Positions 8,620 to 18,455 of a DNA stretch of 64,000 nucleotides are shown one piece after another (position 1 is the stretch's first letter; the number at the start of each line of letters is the position of its first letter). The notes beneath the pieces were generated by a model. The model was not told the DNA's origin and did not search any database. It saw only the letters and a program-made list of their open reading frames with translations. The stretch comes from Patescibacteria group bacterium. Lineage in GTDB: Bacteria > Patescibacteriota > Minisyncoccia > Phycocordibacterales > Phycocordibacteraceae. Position numbers and translations under genes: made by a program. Location of the stretch: NCBI GenBank assembly GCA_040384705.1, contig JAZKIU010000001.1:478053-542052 (forward strand). Direction: 5' to 3'.

Positions 8620-9045
8620 TTACTCAGCGACGATCTCTACGGAGAACTTACCGAAATTGGCGCCATAGGCGACTGGGACATCGAAGGTGCCAAGTTCCTT
8701 GATGGACTTCTCGAGCTTGATGACCTCTTCGGGAAGCTGCGCCGCCTCCGCGAGCTCTTTCGCATCAACACCGTCGTATAGATGGCCCTGCTCGTTCGCC
8801 TTCTTGATGATGGTGACCTTCTCCTCGGCAAGGACGGCAAGACGGTCCTCCACGAGCTTCACATCGAGCTCCTTGCGGTCAACGACCTGCTGCACACGGA
8901 GTCCTGCCTGCTTGAGGGCGCCCGCGGTCGCGGGAACCGCCATCTTACGAGGGATAAGGAAGTTAAGGGCGTGGCCGGCCGATACCTCGACTTCGGTGTG
9001 CGCACGGCCCATATCCTTCACGTCTTTCAGTAGTACGACTTTCAT
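8620..9045 (-). CDS. rplI: 50S ribosomal protein L9
   Basis: MKVVLLKDVKDMGRAHTEVEVSAGHALNFLIPRKMA. Confidence 0.9.
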   Translation of the reverse strand: MKVVLLKDVKDMGRAHTEVEVSAGHALNFLIPRKMAVPATAGALKQAGLRVQQVVDRKELDVKLVEDRLAVLAEEKVTIIKKANEQGHLYDGVDAKELAEAAQLPEEVIKLEKSIKELGTFDVPVAYGANFGKFSVEIVAE

Positions 9046-9084
9046 AGTAGAGCCATCCTACCCTTTCGCATTCCCTTCCGCAAC

Positions 9085-9525
9085 TTACCGCGTACCTTCC
9101 TGCTGTTTCAGCTTGTCGGTGAGCCACGAGCTCGATTGCACCTTCCCTCCCCTGCCGACATTGAAGACCATTTCTATATCGTGCTCCCTGCAGACAGCCG
9201 ATTCCGGTATCTCATCCTCATTCCTTCTATCCCCGCCGTTGGCGAATATGTGCGGTTTAAGGAATGCGAGCTCCTTGCGGATCGATCTATCCTCGCTTCC
9301 TTCCTCATGGAACGTGAACACTACCTCATCCACGAATGGGAACGCAGCGATTATCTCCGCCCGTTCCTCCTGCGGCATGAAAACGAAGCCTTTCTTCTTG
9401 GTGAGCCAGTGGTCGTTATTGAGGATGACTACAAGCCGGTCGCCGAGCGCTCGTGCCTCTTGGAACATCCGGAGATGCCCGATGTGGATGGGATCGAAGC
9501 CGCCCGAGACCGCGACGACTTTCAT
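9085..9525 (-). CDS. Cytidylyltransferase-like nucleotidyltransferase (HxGH motif; RfaE domain II / TagD-like)
   Basis: VAVSGGFDPIHIGHLRMFQEARALGDRLVVILNND. Confidence 0.7.
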   Translation of the reverse strand: MKVVAVSGGFDPIHIGHLRMFQEARALGDRLVVILNNDHWLTKKKGFVFMPQEERAEIIAAFPFVDEVVFTFHEEGSEDRSIRKELAFLKPHIFANGGDRRNEDEIPESAVCREHDIEMVFNVGRGGKVQSSSWLTDKLKQQEGTR

Positions 9526-9533
9526 ACGAGAGA

Positions 9534-10802
9534 TTACTTCCCGGTCGTAAGGAACTGTATAGCCCGCTCCTTCTGCGGATCCTCCCCTGCGAGCGCCTGC
9601 TCGCGCGTTCGCTCGACTTCTATATCAGGCATGAGCCCGCCGTCCGAAATGGAGCGGCCTCCTGGCGTGAGCCAGCGAGCGACGGTGACTTTCAGTGCTC
9701 CTCCGTTTATCTTCACGAGCTCCTGCACCGAACCCTTACCGAACGAGCGGGTACCGATGAGCGTCGCCTTCTTCTCGTCCTGGAGTGCACCTGCGAGAAT
9801 CTCGGACGCCGATGCCGAACCCTGGTTTATCAAAATGACTACCTTCGTGCTGGCCGGCACACCTCCCTTCCCCGTGCTCCGGTGCACGATGTTCTCCCGC
9901 TTGCCCTTATAGTCCTCGGTGACGACTGCGGCGCCGTCGGGCAGGAAGTGGCTCGCCATAGCGACCGCGGCCTCGAGGTATCCGCCGGGGTTCCCGCGCA
10001 GGTCGATGAGGAGCTTGTCCGAGCCCGACGTACGGAAGCCGGTGATGGCCTTGGAGAAGAGCTGCGCGGAGTTCGCCGTGAAGCTATAGAGCGAGATGCT
10101 GTACACGCCGGTCTTCTGATCGAGGGAGTGCTCGATGGTGGGGACGGTGATGGTGTCGCGGGTGACCGTGATGTCGATGACCTCGCCTTCGCGGAGTATC
10201 TTGAACACTACCTGGCTACCCTTAGGCCCGCGTATAAGCTTCACCGCCTGGTCGGACGAGAGGCCCTCCGTCGATGTGTCGTTTATGGAAAGTATGGCAT
10301 CGCCCGCGAGAATACCCGCGCGCTCCGCAGGCGTGCCCTTGAGCGGCGATATGACGGTGAGCTGCCCATCCTTCACTCCTATCTCCATGCCCACGCCCTC
10401 GAAGTTGCCGGCGATATCGTCCGCGAACAGCTTCGCTTCCTCAGGCGGCATGAATACGGTGTATGGGTCGCCATATGAGTTGGCGAGGCCTTGGATAGCG
10501 CCCCAGAGCTTGGCTTTTGCGGCCGGCATGCTCGAAGAGGCATGAGTCTCGACGAACTTCGCATCGAGCGCGTTCCAGGCCTTCCAGAAATCCGTAAGCT
10601 CGACCGATTCGTCCGGGGTCGCGTCGAGCCCGTCACCGATGAGCGGGAGGTTCGAGAACGCTTTCCCGCTCCCGGCCGCTCCTACCGATATGCCGCCCGC
10701 GAACCCGATAGCGAGCATCACGGCGAACGCGACGCCAAGCTTGGTCGCTTGCGCGAATGTCTGCGCTTTCTTCGGTGGTTTCACCTCGTCCATTAGAGCC
10801 AT
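9534..10802 (-). CDS. ctpA: Carboxyl-terminal processing protease (S41 family, PDZ domain)
   Basis: LIDLRGNPGG, GSASASEILAGALQD and GKGSVQ motifs, with an N-terminal transmembrane segment. Start chosen at an internal Met (MALMDEV / MDEV) to avoid overlap with corA. Confidence 0.85.
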   Translation of the reverse strand: MALMDEVKPPKKAQTFAQATKLGVAFAVMLAIGFAGGISVGAAGSGKAFSNLPLIGDGLDATPDESVELTDFWKAWNALDAKFVETHASSSMPAAKAKLWGAIQGLANSYGDPYTVFMPPEEAKLFADDIAGNFEGVGMEIGVKDGQLTVISPLKGTPAERAGILAGDAILSINDTSTEGLSSDQAVKLIRGPKGSQVVFKILREGEVIDITVTRDTITVPTIEHSLDQKTGVYSISLYSFTANSAQLFSKAITGFRTSGSDKLLIDLRGNPGGYLEAAVAMASHFLPDGAAVVTEDYKGKRENIVHRSTGKGGVPASTKVVILINQGSASASEILAGALQDEKKATLIGTRSFGKGSVQELVKINGGALKVTVARWLTPGGRSISDGGLMPDIEVERTREQALAGEDPQKERAIQFLTTGK

Positions 10803-10870
10803 TATATCACGCGTGCATATACCCATCAGTGGACTTCCCGCCTCGTGCACCACGGTATACTGGAAACCAC

Positions 10871-11785
10871 ATGATAAATCGACACGTCCGCGGCCCCGTC
10901 ACCTGGGTCGACCTCGAGGCCCCTACGAGCGAAGAGCTTTCTGCGGTGATGACCGAGTTCGGTATCGATAACCGCATCGAGGAGGAGATAGCGAGCCCGA
11001 CGCCCTACCCGCTCACGCTCGCTACCCCTGACTACCACTACCTCATCCTGCACTTCCCTGCGGCTGAAGCGACGGAGGGCACCAAGAACCAGGAGGTGGA
11101 CTTCATCGTCGGCAAGAACTTCGTCATCACAGCCCGCTATGAAGTCATCGATTCCATCCTTGCCTTGCACCGGGTGTTCGAGGCGGAAGAGCTCGTGAGC
11201 ACCCCGACCGCGACCCATGCGGATGTCCTCCTTGAACAGGTCATGACCCGCCTCTATGGCGCCATACACGACGAGATAGAACGCGCGGGGCGTGCGCTCG
11301 ACCGTATAGAGCACGACATATTCGCCGGAAAAGAACGCCAGACGGTGCGCACCATCTCGCATGCGGGACGCGCCCTGCTTCGCTTCGAGACCGCGCTCGC
11401 TCGCCATGAGGAACCGCTCGATGAATTCCTTGCGGGACTCGCCTCAGGCGATTTCTTTAGTAAGCGGTTCACGGTGCGCGCCGCGCGCATCCGCGCCGCC
11501 CACGATCATGCCACCGCGCTCGTTGCGTCATACCGCGCCGTCACCCGTGAGCTTCGTATAACGAACGATTCGCTCCTCTCCTCGTCCCAGAACGAGGTCA
11601 TGAAGACTCTCACCCTCATCGCGGTCGCCGCCATGCCTATGACCCTCATCGCCTCCGTGTTCGGTATGAATGTCGTGCATATGCCGCTTGCGAACGACCC
11701 GGCAGGGTTCTGGGTCATACTCGGCATCATGCTCGGGGCCGCGCTCGTGCTCTACCTCTTCTTCCGCTTGAAACGCTGGTTCTAG
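10871..11785 (+). CDS. corA: Magnesium/cobalt transporter CorA
   Basis: C-terminal transmembrane helices with the FGMNVVHMP (GMN) motif. Start at MINRHVRGPV. Confidence 0.85.
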   Translation: MINRHVRGPVTWVDLEAPTSEELSAVMTEFGIDNRIEEEIASPTPYPLTLATPDYHYLILHFPAAEATEGTKNQEVDFIVGKNFVITARYEVIDSILALHRVFEAEELVSTPTATHADVLLEQVMTRLYGAIHDEIERAGRALDRIEHDIFAGKERQTVRTISHAGRALLRFETALARHEEPLDEFLAGLASGDFFSKRFTVRAARIRAAHDHATALVASYRAVTRELRITNDSLLSSSQNEVMKTLTLIAVAAMPMTLIASVFGMNVVHMPLANDPAGFWVILGIMLGAALVLYLFFRLKRWF

Positions 11786-11806
11786 TAATGCGATAGAATA
11801 AGCCGC

Positions 11807-13294
11807 ATGTCCTGGCTTACCCGCCTACTCAAGAAGAAAAGCGTCCCGACCGTCTCGAACGCTCCGGTCTTCTTCACTAATACCGCTTCCGGCAAGAAAG
11901 AGGTGTTCTCATCGCAACGAGCCGGGAAGGTCTCGATGTATTCGTGCGGGCCGACCGTGTACAGCAAGCAGCATATCGGGAACCTCAAGGCGCCCTTGTT
12001 CGCGGACCTCGTTGCGCGCGTGCTCGCGAGCGCGGGATACCGCGTCCATCGCGTCATAAACATCACGGATGTGGGCCACCTTGTGGGAGACGGGGACGAA
12101 GGAGAGGACAAGATGGATAAGGGAGCGCGTCGCGAGGGCAAGAGCGCACGCGAGATAGCCGAGCGCTACGCTTCCCTTTTCATGGATGACCTCCATACAC
12201 TGGGTGTCGATATCTCGACCATCACCTTCCCGCGCGCGACCGAATATATAAAGGAGCAGATAGAAATGATAAAGACGCTTGAGACGAAGGGCGTGACGTA
12301 TAGGACCTCTGACGGTATCTATTTCGATGTCACCCGCTTCCCTGACTATGGAAGGCTGGGCGGTGTCGCTGATTTGATGCGCAAGGAAGCGGCGCTTGCG
12401 GGACTTTCAAGCCGTATCGGAGAGAACAAGGAGAAAAAACATCCAGCGGACTTCGCGCTCTGGAAGTTCTCGACCAAGGACGGTAATCGTCTCCAGGAAT
12501 GGGGCTCGCCCTGGGGCGCAGGGTTCCCCGGCTGGCACATAGAGTGCTCCGCTATGGCGAAGAGCCTGCTCGGGACTACGCTCGATATACATACGGGCGG
12601 CATGGACCACATCCCGGTCCATCACAATAACGAGATAGCGCAGTCGGAAGTCGTGAACGAACGACCGCTCTCCCGCTTCTGGATGCACGAAGCGTTCGTC
12701 ACCATACAGGAGGAGAAGATATCGAAGTCGCTCGGCAATGATATCTATCTCTCCGATATCATCGAGCGCGGGTGCCATCCTCTCTCGCTGCGTTACTTCT
12801 TCCTCCAGGCCCACTACCGTTCCCCTATCAATTTCACGTGGGATGCGCTCACCGCATCGAACGAGGCGCTCCATCGCCTCTGGAAGCTGACGGCCGAGGC
12901 GAAGACTGCGGCCAAGGGGCGTACACAACCGACCGATGAGAGCCGGAAGATGGTCGCGCTCCTGCGTGACGACCTTGCGACCCCTGCGGCGCTCGCGCTC
13001 CTCTGGGAGTGCATCAAGGACGAGGACTTGGACCCGGCTGAGGTCTGGGGCGTGATAGCGGCTGCCGAGCCCGTGCTCGGGCTTTCGCTCCTTAATCCGC
13101 CCGCGAGCGCTCCAAGGGCACTGGCCGCCACTGATGTGCCCGATGAGATACAGGGACTGCTGACTGAGCGCGAGCTTGCGCGCCAAGCACGCAATTTCGC
13201 TGCTGCGGACGCGCTCCGTATCCACATAGAGAACAGTGGATATCATGTGGAAGACTCCGCGAGCGGGGCCATAGTCACCCGCCGTCCCGGTTGA
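11807..13294 (+). CDS. cysS: Cysteinyl-tRNA synthetase
   Basis: MYSCGPTVY..HIGN (HIGH motif), KISKSLGN (KMSKS motif), WHIECSAM. Confidence 0.92.
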   Translation: MSWLTRLLKKKSVPTVSNAPVFFTNTASGKKEVFSSQRAGKVSMYSCGPTVYSKQHIGNLKAPLFADLVARVLASAGYRVHRVINITDVGHLVGDGDEGEDKMDKGARREGKSAREIAERYASLFMDDLHTLGVDISTITFPRATEYIKEQIEMIKTLETKGVTYRTSDGIYFDVTRFPDYGRLGGVADLMRKEAALAGLSSRIGENKEKKHPADFALWKFSTKDGNRLQEWGSPWGAGFPGWHIECSAMAKSLLGTTLDIHTGGMDHIPVHHNNEIAQSEVVNERPLSRFWMHEAFVTIQEEKISKSLGNDIYLSDIIERGCHPLSLRYFFLQAHYRSPINFTWDALTASNEALHRLWKLTAEAKTAAKGRTQPTDESRKMVALLRDDLATPAALALLWECIKDEDLDPAEVWGVIAAAEPVLGLSLLNPPASAPRALAATDVPDEIQGLLTERELARQARNFAAADALRIHIENSGYHVEDSASGAIVTRRPG

Positions 13295-13307
13295 TACAAT
13301 CGAAGGA

Positions 13308-14675
13308 ATGGCTACCACCGAGAAGGCGCTCCGAGTACCACCGCAAAGCCTGGAATCGGAACGCGCGCTCCTTGGTGCCCTTCTCCTGAAGCCCGACGCC
13401 ATCCACGACGTCGCTGACACTGTCCGCTCCGAATCCTTCTATGCGGAGAAGCACCGGCTCATATACGAGGCGATGCGCGAGCTGGTGGAACGGAGCGAGC
13501 CTATAGATATCCTCTCCCTCTCGGAGCGCTTACAGGCCAACGGTGCGCTCGAGCGCATAGGCGGCCGTGCCTATATCGCGGAGCTTGCCAACGAAGCGCC
13601 TGCTCCCGGCAATTTCAACCACTACGCCGACCTCGTCGCGAGGAAGCATGTCATGCGCGCACTCATAGACACCGCGTACGAGATAACGGAGTCCGCGTAC
13701 CATGAAGGCACCGATACCGCCGAAGTGCTCGACATGGCGGAGAAGCAGATATACGCCATCGGCAATGGCTCGTCGTCGCATAAGTTCACCGCTATCGCCG
13801 ACAAGATGGCAGATGCCTGGGACCGCATCGAGAGCCTCTCGAAGAACAAGGGCGGGATCCGTGGGATCCCGACCGGCTTCCCGGACCTCGATAATCTGCT
13901 CTCGGGCCTCCATCCCTCCGACCTCATCATCCTCGCCGCGCGCCCATCGGTCGGTAAGTCGTCGCTCGCCTTCGATATCGCTAGGAACGCGGCCATCCGC
14001 CATGACGTCCCTGTCGGTATCTTCTCGCTCGAGATGAGCTCCGAGCAGATAGTGGACCGCATGCTCTCCTCCGAGAGCTATGTGGACTCCTGGAAGATGC
14101 GCACCGGCGCCATTCATGCCGAGGAGGATTTCTCCCGCATACGCGATGCGCTCGAGATACTCTCCAAGGCGCCTATCTACATAGACGATACGCCGGGCAA
14201 CAACATCCTCGCCATGCGCGCGGTCGCCCGTAGGCTGAAGCGCGAGCGCGGTATCGGCCTCATCATCGTTGACTACCTCCAGCTCATGGCGCCTACCAAC
14301 ACCAAGCAGTCCGATTCCATGGTGCAGCAGGTCACCGAGATATCCCGGTCCCTCAAGCATCTCGCCCGCGAACTCCAGGTGCCGGTCCTCGCCCTCTCCC
14401 AGCTCTCGCGTGCCGTGGAGCAGCGCGGCGGCAGGCCCCGTCTTTCGGACCTTCGCGATTCCGGCTCCATCGAGCAGGACGCAGACGTCGTTATGTTCAT
14501 CCACCGCGAGGACAAGAACAATAAGGAAAGCGACCGGCAGAACATCGCCGAGATACTCATCGAGAAGCACCGCAACGGCCCCACCGGCCAGTGCGAGCTC
14601 TTCTTCGACTCAAAGCGCGCCACCTATATGCCGGTAGATAAATCGGGGTATGGTGATTTAGCAACTGAATTCTAG
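13308..14675 (+). CDS. dnaB: Replicative DNA helicase DnaB
   Basis: Walker A ARPSVGKSSLA, IIVDYLQLM and a RecA-like C-terminal domain; 455 aa. Confidence 0.92.
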   Translation: MATTEKALRVPPQSLESERALLGALLLKPDAIHDVADTVRSESFYAEKHRLIYEAMRELVERSEPIDILSLSERLQANGALERIGGRAYIAELANEAPAPGNFNHYADLVARKHVMRALIDTAYEITESAYHEGTDTAEVLDMAEKQIYAIGNGSSSHKFTAIADKMADAWDRIESLSKNKGGIRGIPTGFPDLDNLLSGLHPSDLIILAARPSVGKSSLAFDIARNAAIRHDVPVGIFSLEMSSEQIVDRMLSSESYVDSWKMRTGAIHAEEDFSRIRDALEILSKAPIYIDDTPGNNILAMRAVARRLKRERGIGLIIVDYLQLMAPTNTKQSDSMVQQVTEISRSLKHLARELQVPVLALSQLSRAVEQRGGRPRLSDLRDSGSIEQDADVVMFIHREDKNNKESDRQNIAEILIEKHRNGPTGQCELFFDSKRATYMPVDKSGYGDLATEF

Positions 14676-14727
14676 ATGTATGCGTAAACGAACCACGTAT
14701 TCCCTTCCAAGCCCCTGCGCCCTCGTG

Positions 14728-14783
14728 CGGCGGATGCCGCACGCGCGCGAGGCATCCGTATGCGCTGATGCGCATACTCCAGG
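14728..14783 (+). other. Two adjacent perfect hairpins in the dnaB-recR gap (CGTGCGGC-GGAT-GCCGCACG and GTATGCGC-TGAT-GCGCATAC)
   Basis: Seen directly in the sequence. Nested within a larger GCCTCG...CGAGGC pairing. GGGTGCCG is repeated twice downstream. Confidence 0.5.
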
Positions 14784-14859
14784 GAAGATAGTGGGGTGCC
14801 GGAAGGAGCTTGGGAACGCACACGGGTGCCGTCGCATGCCGCGCGATTCTGCCTAGCCT

Positions 14860-15465
14860 ATGTCGGATCGGATAGAGGAGCTCTCGCGTGCCTTCGAGCG
14901 ATTCCCGGGAATCGGGCCCCGTCAGGCGAAACGTTTCGTATATCACCTTCTATCGGTGCCGCCGTCTGACCGTGCGCGGCTTGCAGACCTTTTGATAAAC
15001 CTGGGACAGGACATACGCCAGTGCGTTATGTGCATGCGCTTTTCGCCCACGAACAGTGAGAACCTCTGCAATCAATGCGCGGACAGCCATCGGGACGATA
15101 CGCTCCTCATGCTCGTGGAGAAGGACCAGGACCTTGCGGCGGTCGAGCGCGCGAACGCGTACCGTGGCCGCTATTTCGTGCTGGGCGGCGTGCTCACGCT
15201 TTCGGGCAAGGGACAGATCCGTGAGCGCGACCTCATCCGGGTCGTCGAGGAGCGCGCCAAGCAGGGGCTAGCGGAGATAGTGCTCGCGCTTTCGGCGACG
15301 AGCGAGGGAGAGCACACGGCTGATAGGGTTCGCGAGCTCCTCTCCCCTCTTCGAGGACCCATCCGCCTCTCTCAGCTCGGTCGGGGTCTCTCTACGGGTT
15401 CCGAGCTTGAGTACTCGGACGCAGAGACGCTGTCGGGCGCGCTTCAGAACAGGAAGGAAACGTAG
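14860..15465 (+). CDS. recR: Recombination protein RecR
   Basis: HhH FPGIGPRQAKRF, zinc finger CVMC..CNQC, Toprim domain. Confidence 0.92.
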   Translation: MSDRIEELSRAFERFPGIGPRQAKRFVYHLLSVPPSDRARLADLLINLGQDIRQCVMCMRFSPTNSENLCNQCADSHRDDTLLMLVEKDQDLAAVERANAYRGRYFVLGGVLTLSGKGQIRERDLIRVVEERAKQGLAEIVLALSATSEGEHTADRVRELLSPLRGPIRLSQLGRGLSTGSELEYSDAETLSGALQNRKET

Positions 15466-15487
15466 AAAGCCCCTTTCGGGGCTTTTC

Positions 15488-15820
15488 TTACGCTATCGAA
15501 TCTATCTTCACCTTCACGTACGGCTGGCGGTGGCCACGGCGCTTGAGGTAGCGGCTCTTAGCCTTGTACTTAACGACCTCCACCTTCTTGGCGCGGCCTA
15601 CCATCTGGACGGTGCCGGTGACTTTCACGCCTGCGACTGCCGGGGTACCGATGACGGTAGCCTTCCCGTCGTCGGTCATGAGCACCTCATCGAAGGTGAC
15701 AGTATCACCCTTCTTGAGATCCTGGGTTGCTGCTCCGCGGCCGAGTTTCTCAACCGTCACTGAGGTGCCGGGAGAAACCACGTACTGCTTGCCGCCTGTC
15801 TTTATAACTGCGAGTTCCAT
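15488..15820 (-). CDS. rplU: 50S ribosomal protein L21
   Basis: MELAVIKTGGKQYVVSPG...KYKAKSRYLKRRGHRQPYVKVKI. Confidence 0.9.
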   Translation of the reverse strand: MELAVIKTGGKQYVVSPGTSVTVEKLGRGAATQDLKKGDTVTFDEVLMTDDGKATVIGTPAVAGVKVTGTVQMVGRAKKVEVVKYKAKSRYLKRRGHRQPYVKVKIDSIA

Positions 15821-15889
15821 AATCCCCGTATCTTATAGGTTTTGGGGGAAAAGGCAAGCCGCCGGGGAGATGCCCCAGCGGCCCAAGTC

Positions 15890-16165
15890 CTATATGTAGT
15901 CGCACGAGATGTCGAAGCATCCCTTGGGCGCAGGCTCGGTCTGGATTTCCCATACCGCTTGGCGCAGCTGACCTACGCCCGGACCCGTGGCGAGCATGGT
16001 GGCGGTGGCGATTCCGGCGGTCAAGATACCGAGCACGGAGAAAAACACCGCCCCCGCCCTCTTCTTACTCATCACTATGCCGACGAGACCGCCGGTCAAT
16101 AGGATGAATGAACAGCCGGTCAACGGTAATAGATACGGGCGAAGCAATTCAAGCACAGATTCCAT
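15890..16165 (-). CDS. Small membrane protein, unknown function
   Basis: 91 aa with a strong SD (GGGAGGGG). Hydrophobic core and a C-terminal CFDISCDYI. Confidence 0.5.
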   Translation of the reverse strand: MESVLELLRPYLLPLTGCSFILLTGGLVGIVMSKKRAGAVFFSVLGILTAGIATATMLATGPGVGQLRQAVWEIQTEPAPKGCFDISCDYI

Positions 16166-16211
16166 TATCCCCTCCCTGGTTTCTATCGATGAATAGAGAA
16201 TCCTTAACTGG

Positions 16212-16478
16212 TTACTGCCTTGCGACGCACATTTTACCGATACGCTTGAGCTTGGACATCCCTACGAAGCATCCCTGCACGGGCTTTATCCTCTCACGTC
16301 CTTCGATACGCTTAGAACCGGTCAAACGTATGGAATCCGGCATCTGCTGTTTCTGTTTCCGTTCCACAATCAGGAACTTCCCGTACCCGGGCGGCGGAGA
16401 TGAGTCTCCGACCGCTCCGGTAGTGAAGGCCCCCAACACGAACCACCAAAGGACCAGTAAGGTGGTGTTACTCATGAC
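16212..16478 (-). CDS. Small membrane protein with a basic C-terminal tail, unknown function
   Basis: Internal start MSNTTLLVLWWFVLGAFTTGAV preceded by the SD GGGGAGGAA. Confidence 0.5.
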   Translation of the reverse strand, partial: VMSNTTLLVLWWFVLGAFTTGAVGDSSPPPGYGKFLIVERKQKQQMPDSIRLTGSKRIEGRERIKPVQGCFVGMSKLKRIGKMCVARQ

Positions 16479-16553
16479 TATTCCTCCCCGACTGAAGTGG
16501 TACAAAAGTCCCTACATCGACTCTACACCCGCCTTCCTAATGAAGGTAGTGGA

Positions 16554-17606
16554 TTACTCGAATCCAGCCCCCGGCTTCTCGAGGAGCTCGGGCTCTATAC
16601 CCGCTTTCGATTCCGCGATGCGGTATACGTCCTTATCTATCTTCCCGAGCTCCTTATACCCGCTGTTGTAGTGGGAGACCGCGGTACCGAGCGCGTTCCC
16701 CAGCTTCTTGTAGTAGTCCTCGTAGGCGCCCACATGCTTACCGAGCTCGCCCACCCGCTTCTGTATCTCCACCGCCTTCTGCTCTATCTGGAGCGCCTTG
16801 AGGCCCTGCATGACCGTCTGGAGGTATGCCAGGAAGGAGGTCGGGGAAACGATGATGACCTTATGCTTGGAGGCCGCCCTATGGATGAGATTCTCGTCCT
16901 CCCCTGCCCCGACCTGGTTGGTGAGGAGGTCGTAGTAGATGCCTTCCGAGGGAATGAACATGAAGGCGAAGTCCATGGTGTTCTCCTCGGGGCGGATGTA
17001 TTTCGCGGTCTCGGTGATGCGGAGCTTGAGGTCGTTCACGAACAGCTTCTCGAGCGCGATGCGCTCGGCGCCTTCCGCGTGCACGTACCGGTTGTAGTTA
17101 TCGAGCGAGAACTTGGAGTCTATCGGCACTATCTTCTCGCTTATGAACACGACGGCGTCCACTATCTCCCCGTTCTCGAAGCCGTACTGCATCTGGAACT
17201 GGCCGGGAGGCAGCACGTTCTTGAGGACGGTCTCGAGGTAGTACTCGCCGAGTATGCCGCGCTGCTTCGGGTTCTTGAGGATGTCCTGGAGGTTCTTCAG
17301 CTGCTCCGCGAACTTGCCGGTCTCGCGCCCTATTTCCTTCACCGAGGTTATCTCCTGCGTTATCTCCTTGATGAGCCGTGAGGACTCACCGAGCTGACTG
17401 CGCATCGTCTCGTGCATCTGCTTGGAGCTCTCCGCCATGCGGGAGTCGAGCGAGCGCTCGAGCCCTTCCATGCGCTGCAGGAGGAGCGGGGTGGTCTGAT
17501 CATCCTTCGGAGCCTCGTTCTCTTTCCGACGGAGTATGAGCCAGAGGCCAATGCCCTGGAACAAGAGGAGTACTGCTACGACAATGACGACGGTCATGAT
17601 ATCCAT
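16554..17606 (-). CDS. rmuC: DNA recombination protein RmuC
   Basis: N-terminal transmembrane segment, coiled coil, then the RmuC nuclease-like region (ILGEYYLE, IVPIDSKF). Confidence 0.85.
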   Translation of the reverse strand: MDIMTVVIVVAVLLLFQGIGLWLILRRKENEAPKDDQTTPLLLQRMEGLERSLDSRMAESSKQMHETMRSQLGESSRLIKEITQEITSVKEIGRETGKFAEQLKNLQDILKNPKQRGILGEYYLETVLKNVLPPGQFQMQYGFENGEIVDAVVFISEKIVPIDSKFSLDNYNRYVHAEGAERIALEKLFVNDLKLRITETAKYIRPEENTMDFAFMFIPSEGIYYDLLTNQVGAGEDENLIHRAASKHKVIIVSPTSFLAYLQTVMQGLKALQIEQKAVEIQKRVGELGKHVGAYEDYYKKLGNALGTAVSHYNSGYKELGKIDKDVYRIAESKAGIEPELLEKPGAGFE

Positions 17607-17705
17607 CCGTTGATTATACCCGCGGGAAAGATATGAAGAAATCCTGGATTTATATGTTGATTGCTTCTCTACCGCTACGCGCGGTCTTGGCTTATTCTTA
17701 TACGA

Positions 17706-18452
17706 ATGGAAACCGTTCGTTCGCCCTACATGCTTACCGAGAACTCCTTAACTCTTACCGAGTCGGAGCGCACCTATACGCTCACCATCCGTGACTTGCC
17801 GAGCGAGGAGAAGCCGCGCGAGCGCCTGCTTGAGCTGGGTCCCCGCGCCCTTTCCGCACCGGAGCTTCTCGCGGTCGTGCTTTCGAGCGGGACGAAGAAG
17901 GAAGAGGTTCTCACCATGGCGACCCGCATCATGCAGGACTACGGGGAGCGGAGCATCATGCGGCAGACCAGCGCGAAGCGGCTCTCGGAGGACCTCGACA
18001 TACCGATAGTGAAGGCTATGCAGATAGTCGCGCTTACCGAGCTCGGACGCAGGTTCCACTCCACGAACGCCATGGGCGCTCCTACGCTCCGTACCGCACG
18101 CGACGTGTTCGAGTACGCCGTCGAGATGCGCACGCTCCCCAAAGAGCATCTCCGTGGCCTCTATCTCGATACCCACTACAAGCTCGTGCGTGATGAGGTC
18201 ATTTCGATAGGAACGGTGGACGCGAATATGGTCCATCCCCGTGAGGTGTTCCGTCCTGCGCTTGAATATGCTGCAGTGGCCGTTATTCTCGTCCATAACC
18301 ACCCGTCAGGCGTAGTGAGCGCTTCCAAGCCCGATATCGCGGTCACTGAGCAGCTCATCGCAGCAGGTGCGCTCCTTGGCATCGAGCTCGTCGACCATGT
18401 GATAGTCACGAAGAGCGGGTTCCAAAGCGTTCCTGCGTCATATCGCATCTAA
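17706..18452 (+). CDS. radC: RadC-like JAMM protein (UPF0758)
   Basis: RDLPSEEKPRERLLELGPRALSAPELLAVVL plus the HNHPSG JAMM motif. Confidence 0.88.
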   Translation: METVRSPYMLTENSLTLTESERTYTLTIRDLPSEEKPRERLLELGPRALSAPELLAVVLSSGTKKEEVLTMATRIMQDYGERSIMRQTSAKRLSEDLDIPIVKAMQIVALTELGRRFHSTNAMGAPTLRTARDVFEYAVEMRTLPKEHLRGLYLDTHYKLVRDEVISIGTVDANMVHPREVFRPALEYAAVAVILVHNHPSGVVSASKPDIAVTEQLIAAGALLGIELVDHVIVTKSGFQSVPASYRI

Positions 18453-18455
18453 CCT

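Noticed and set aside
7342-10478. Long antisense or overlapping ORFs (7342..8073 -, 8687..9550 +, 9136..9912 +, 9453..10478 +, and similar at 13530..14570 -, 16497..17381 +, 24075..24692 +, 31426..32517 +, 47071..47724 -, 49326..50216 +).
   Set aside because: These are shadow ORFs typical of 60-65% GC DNA. They overlap convincingly annotated genes on the other strand or in another frame, and their translations are Arg/Ser/Pro-rich low-complexity.
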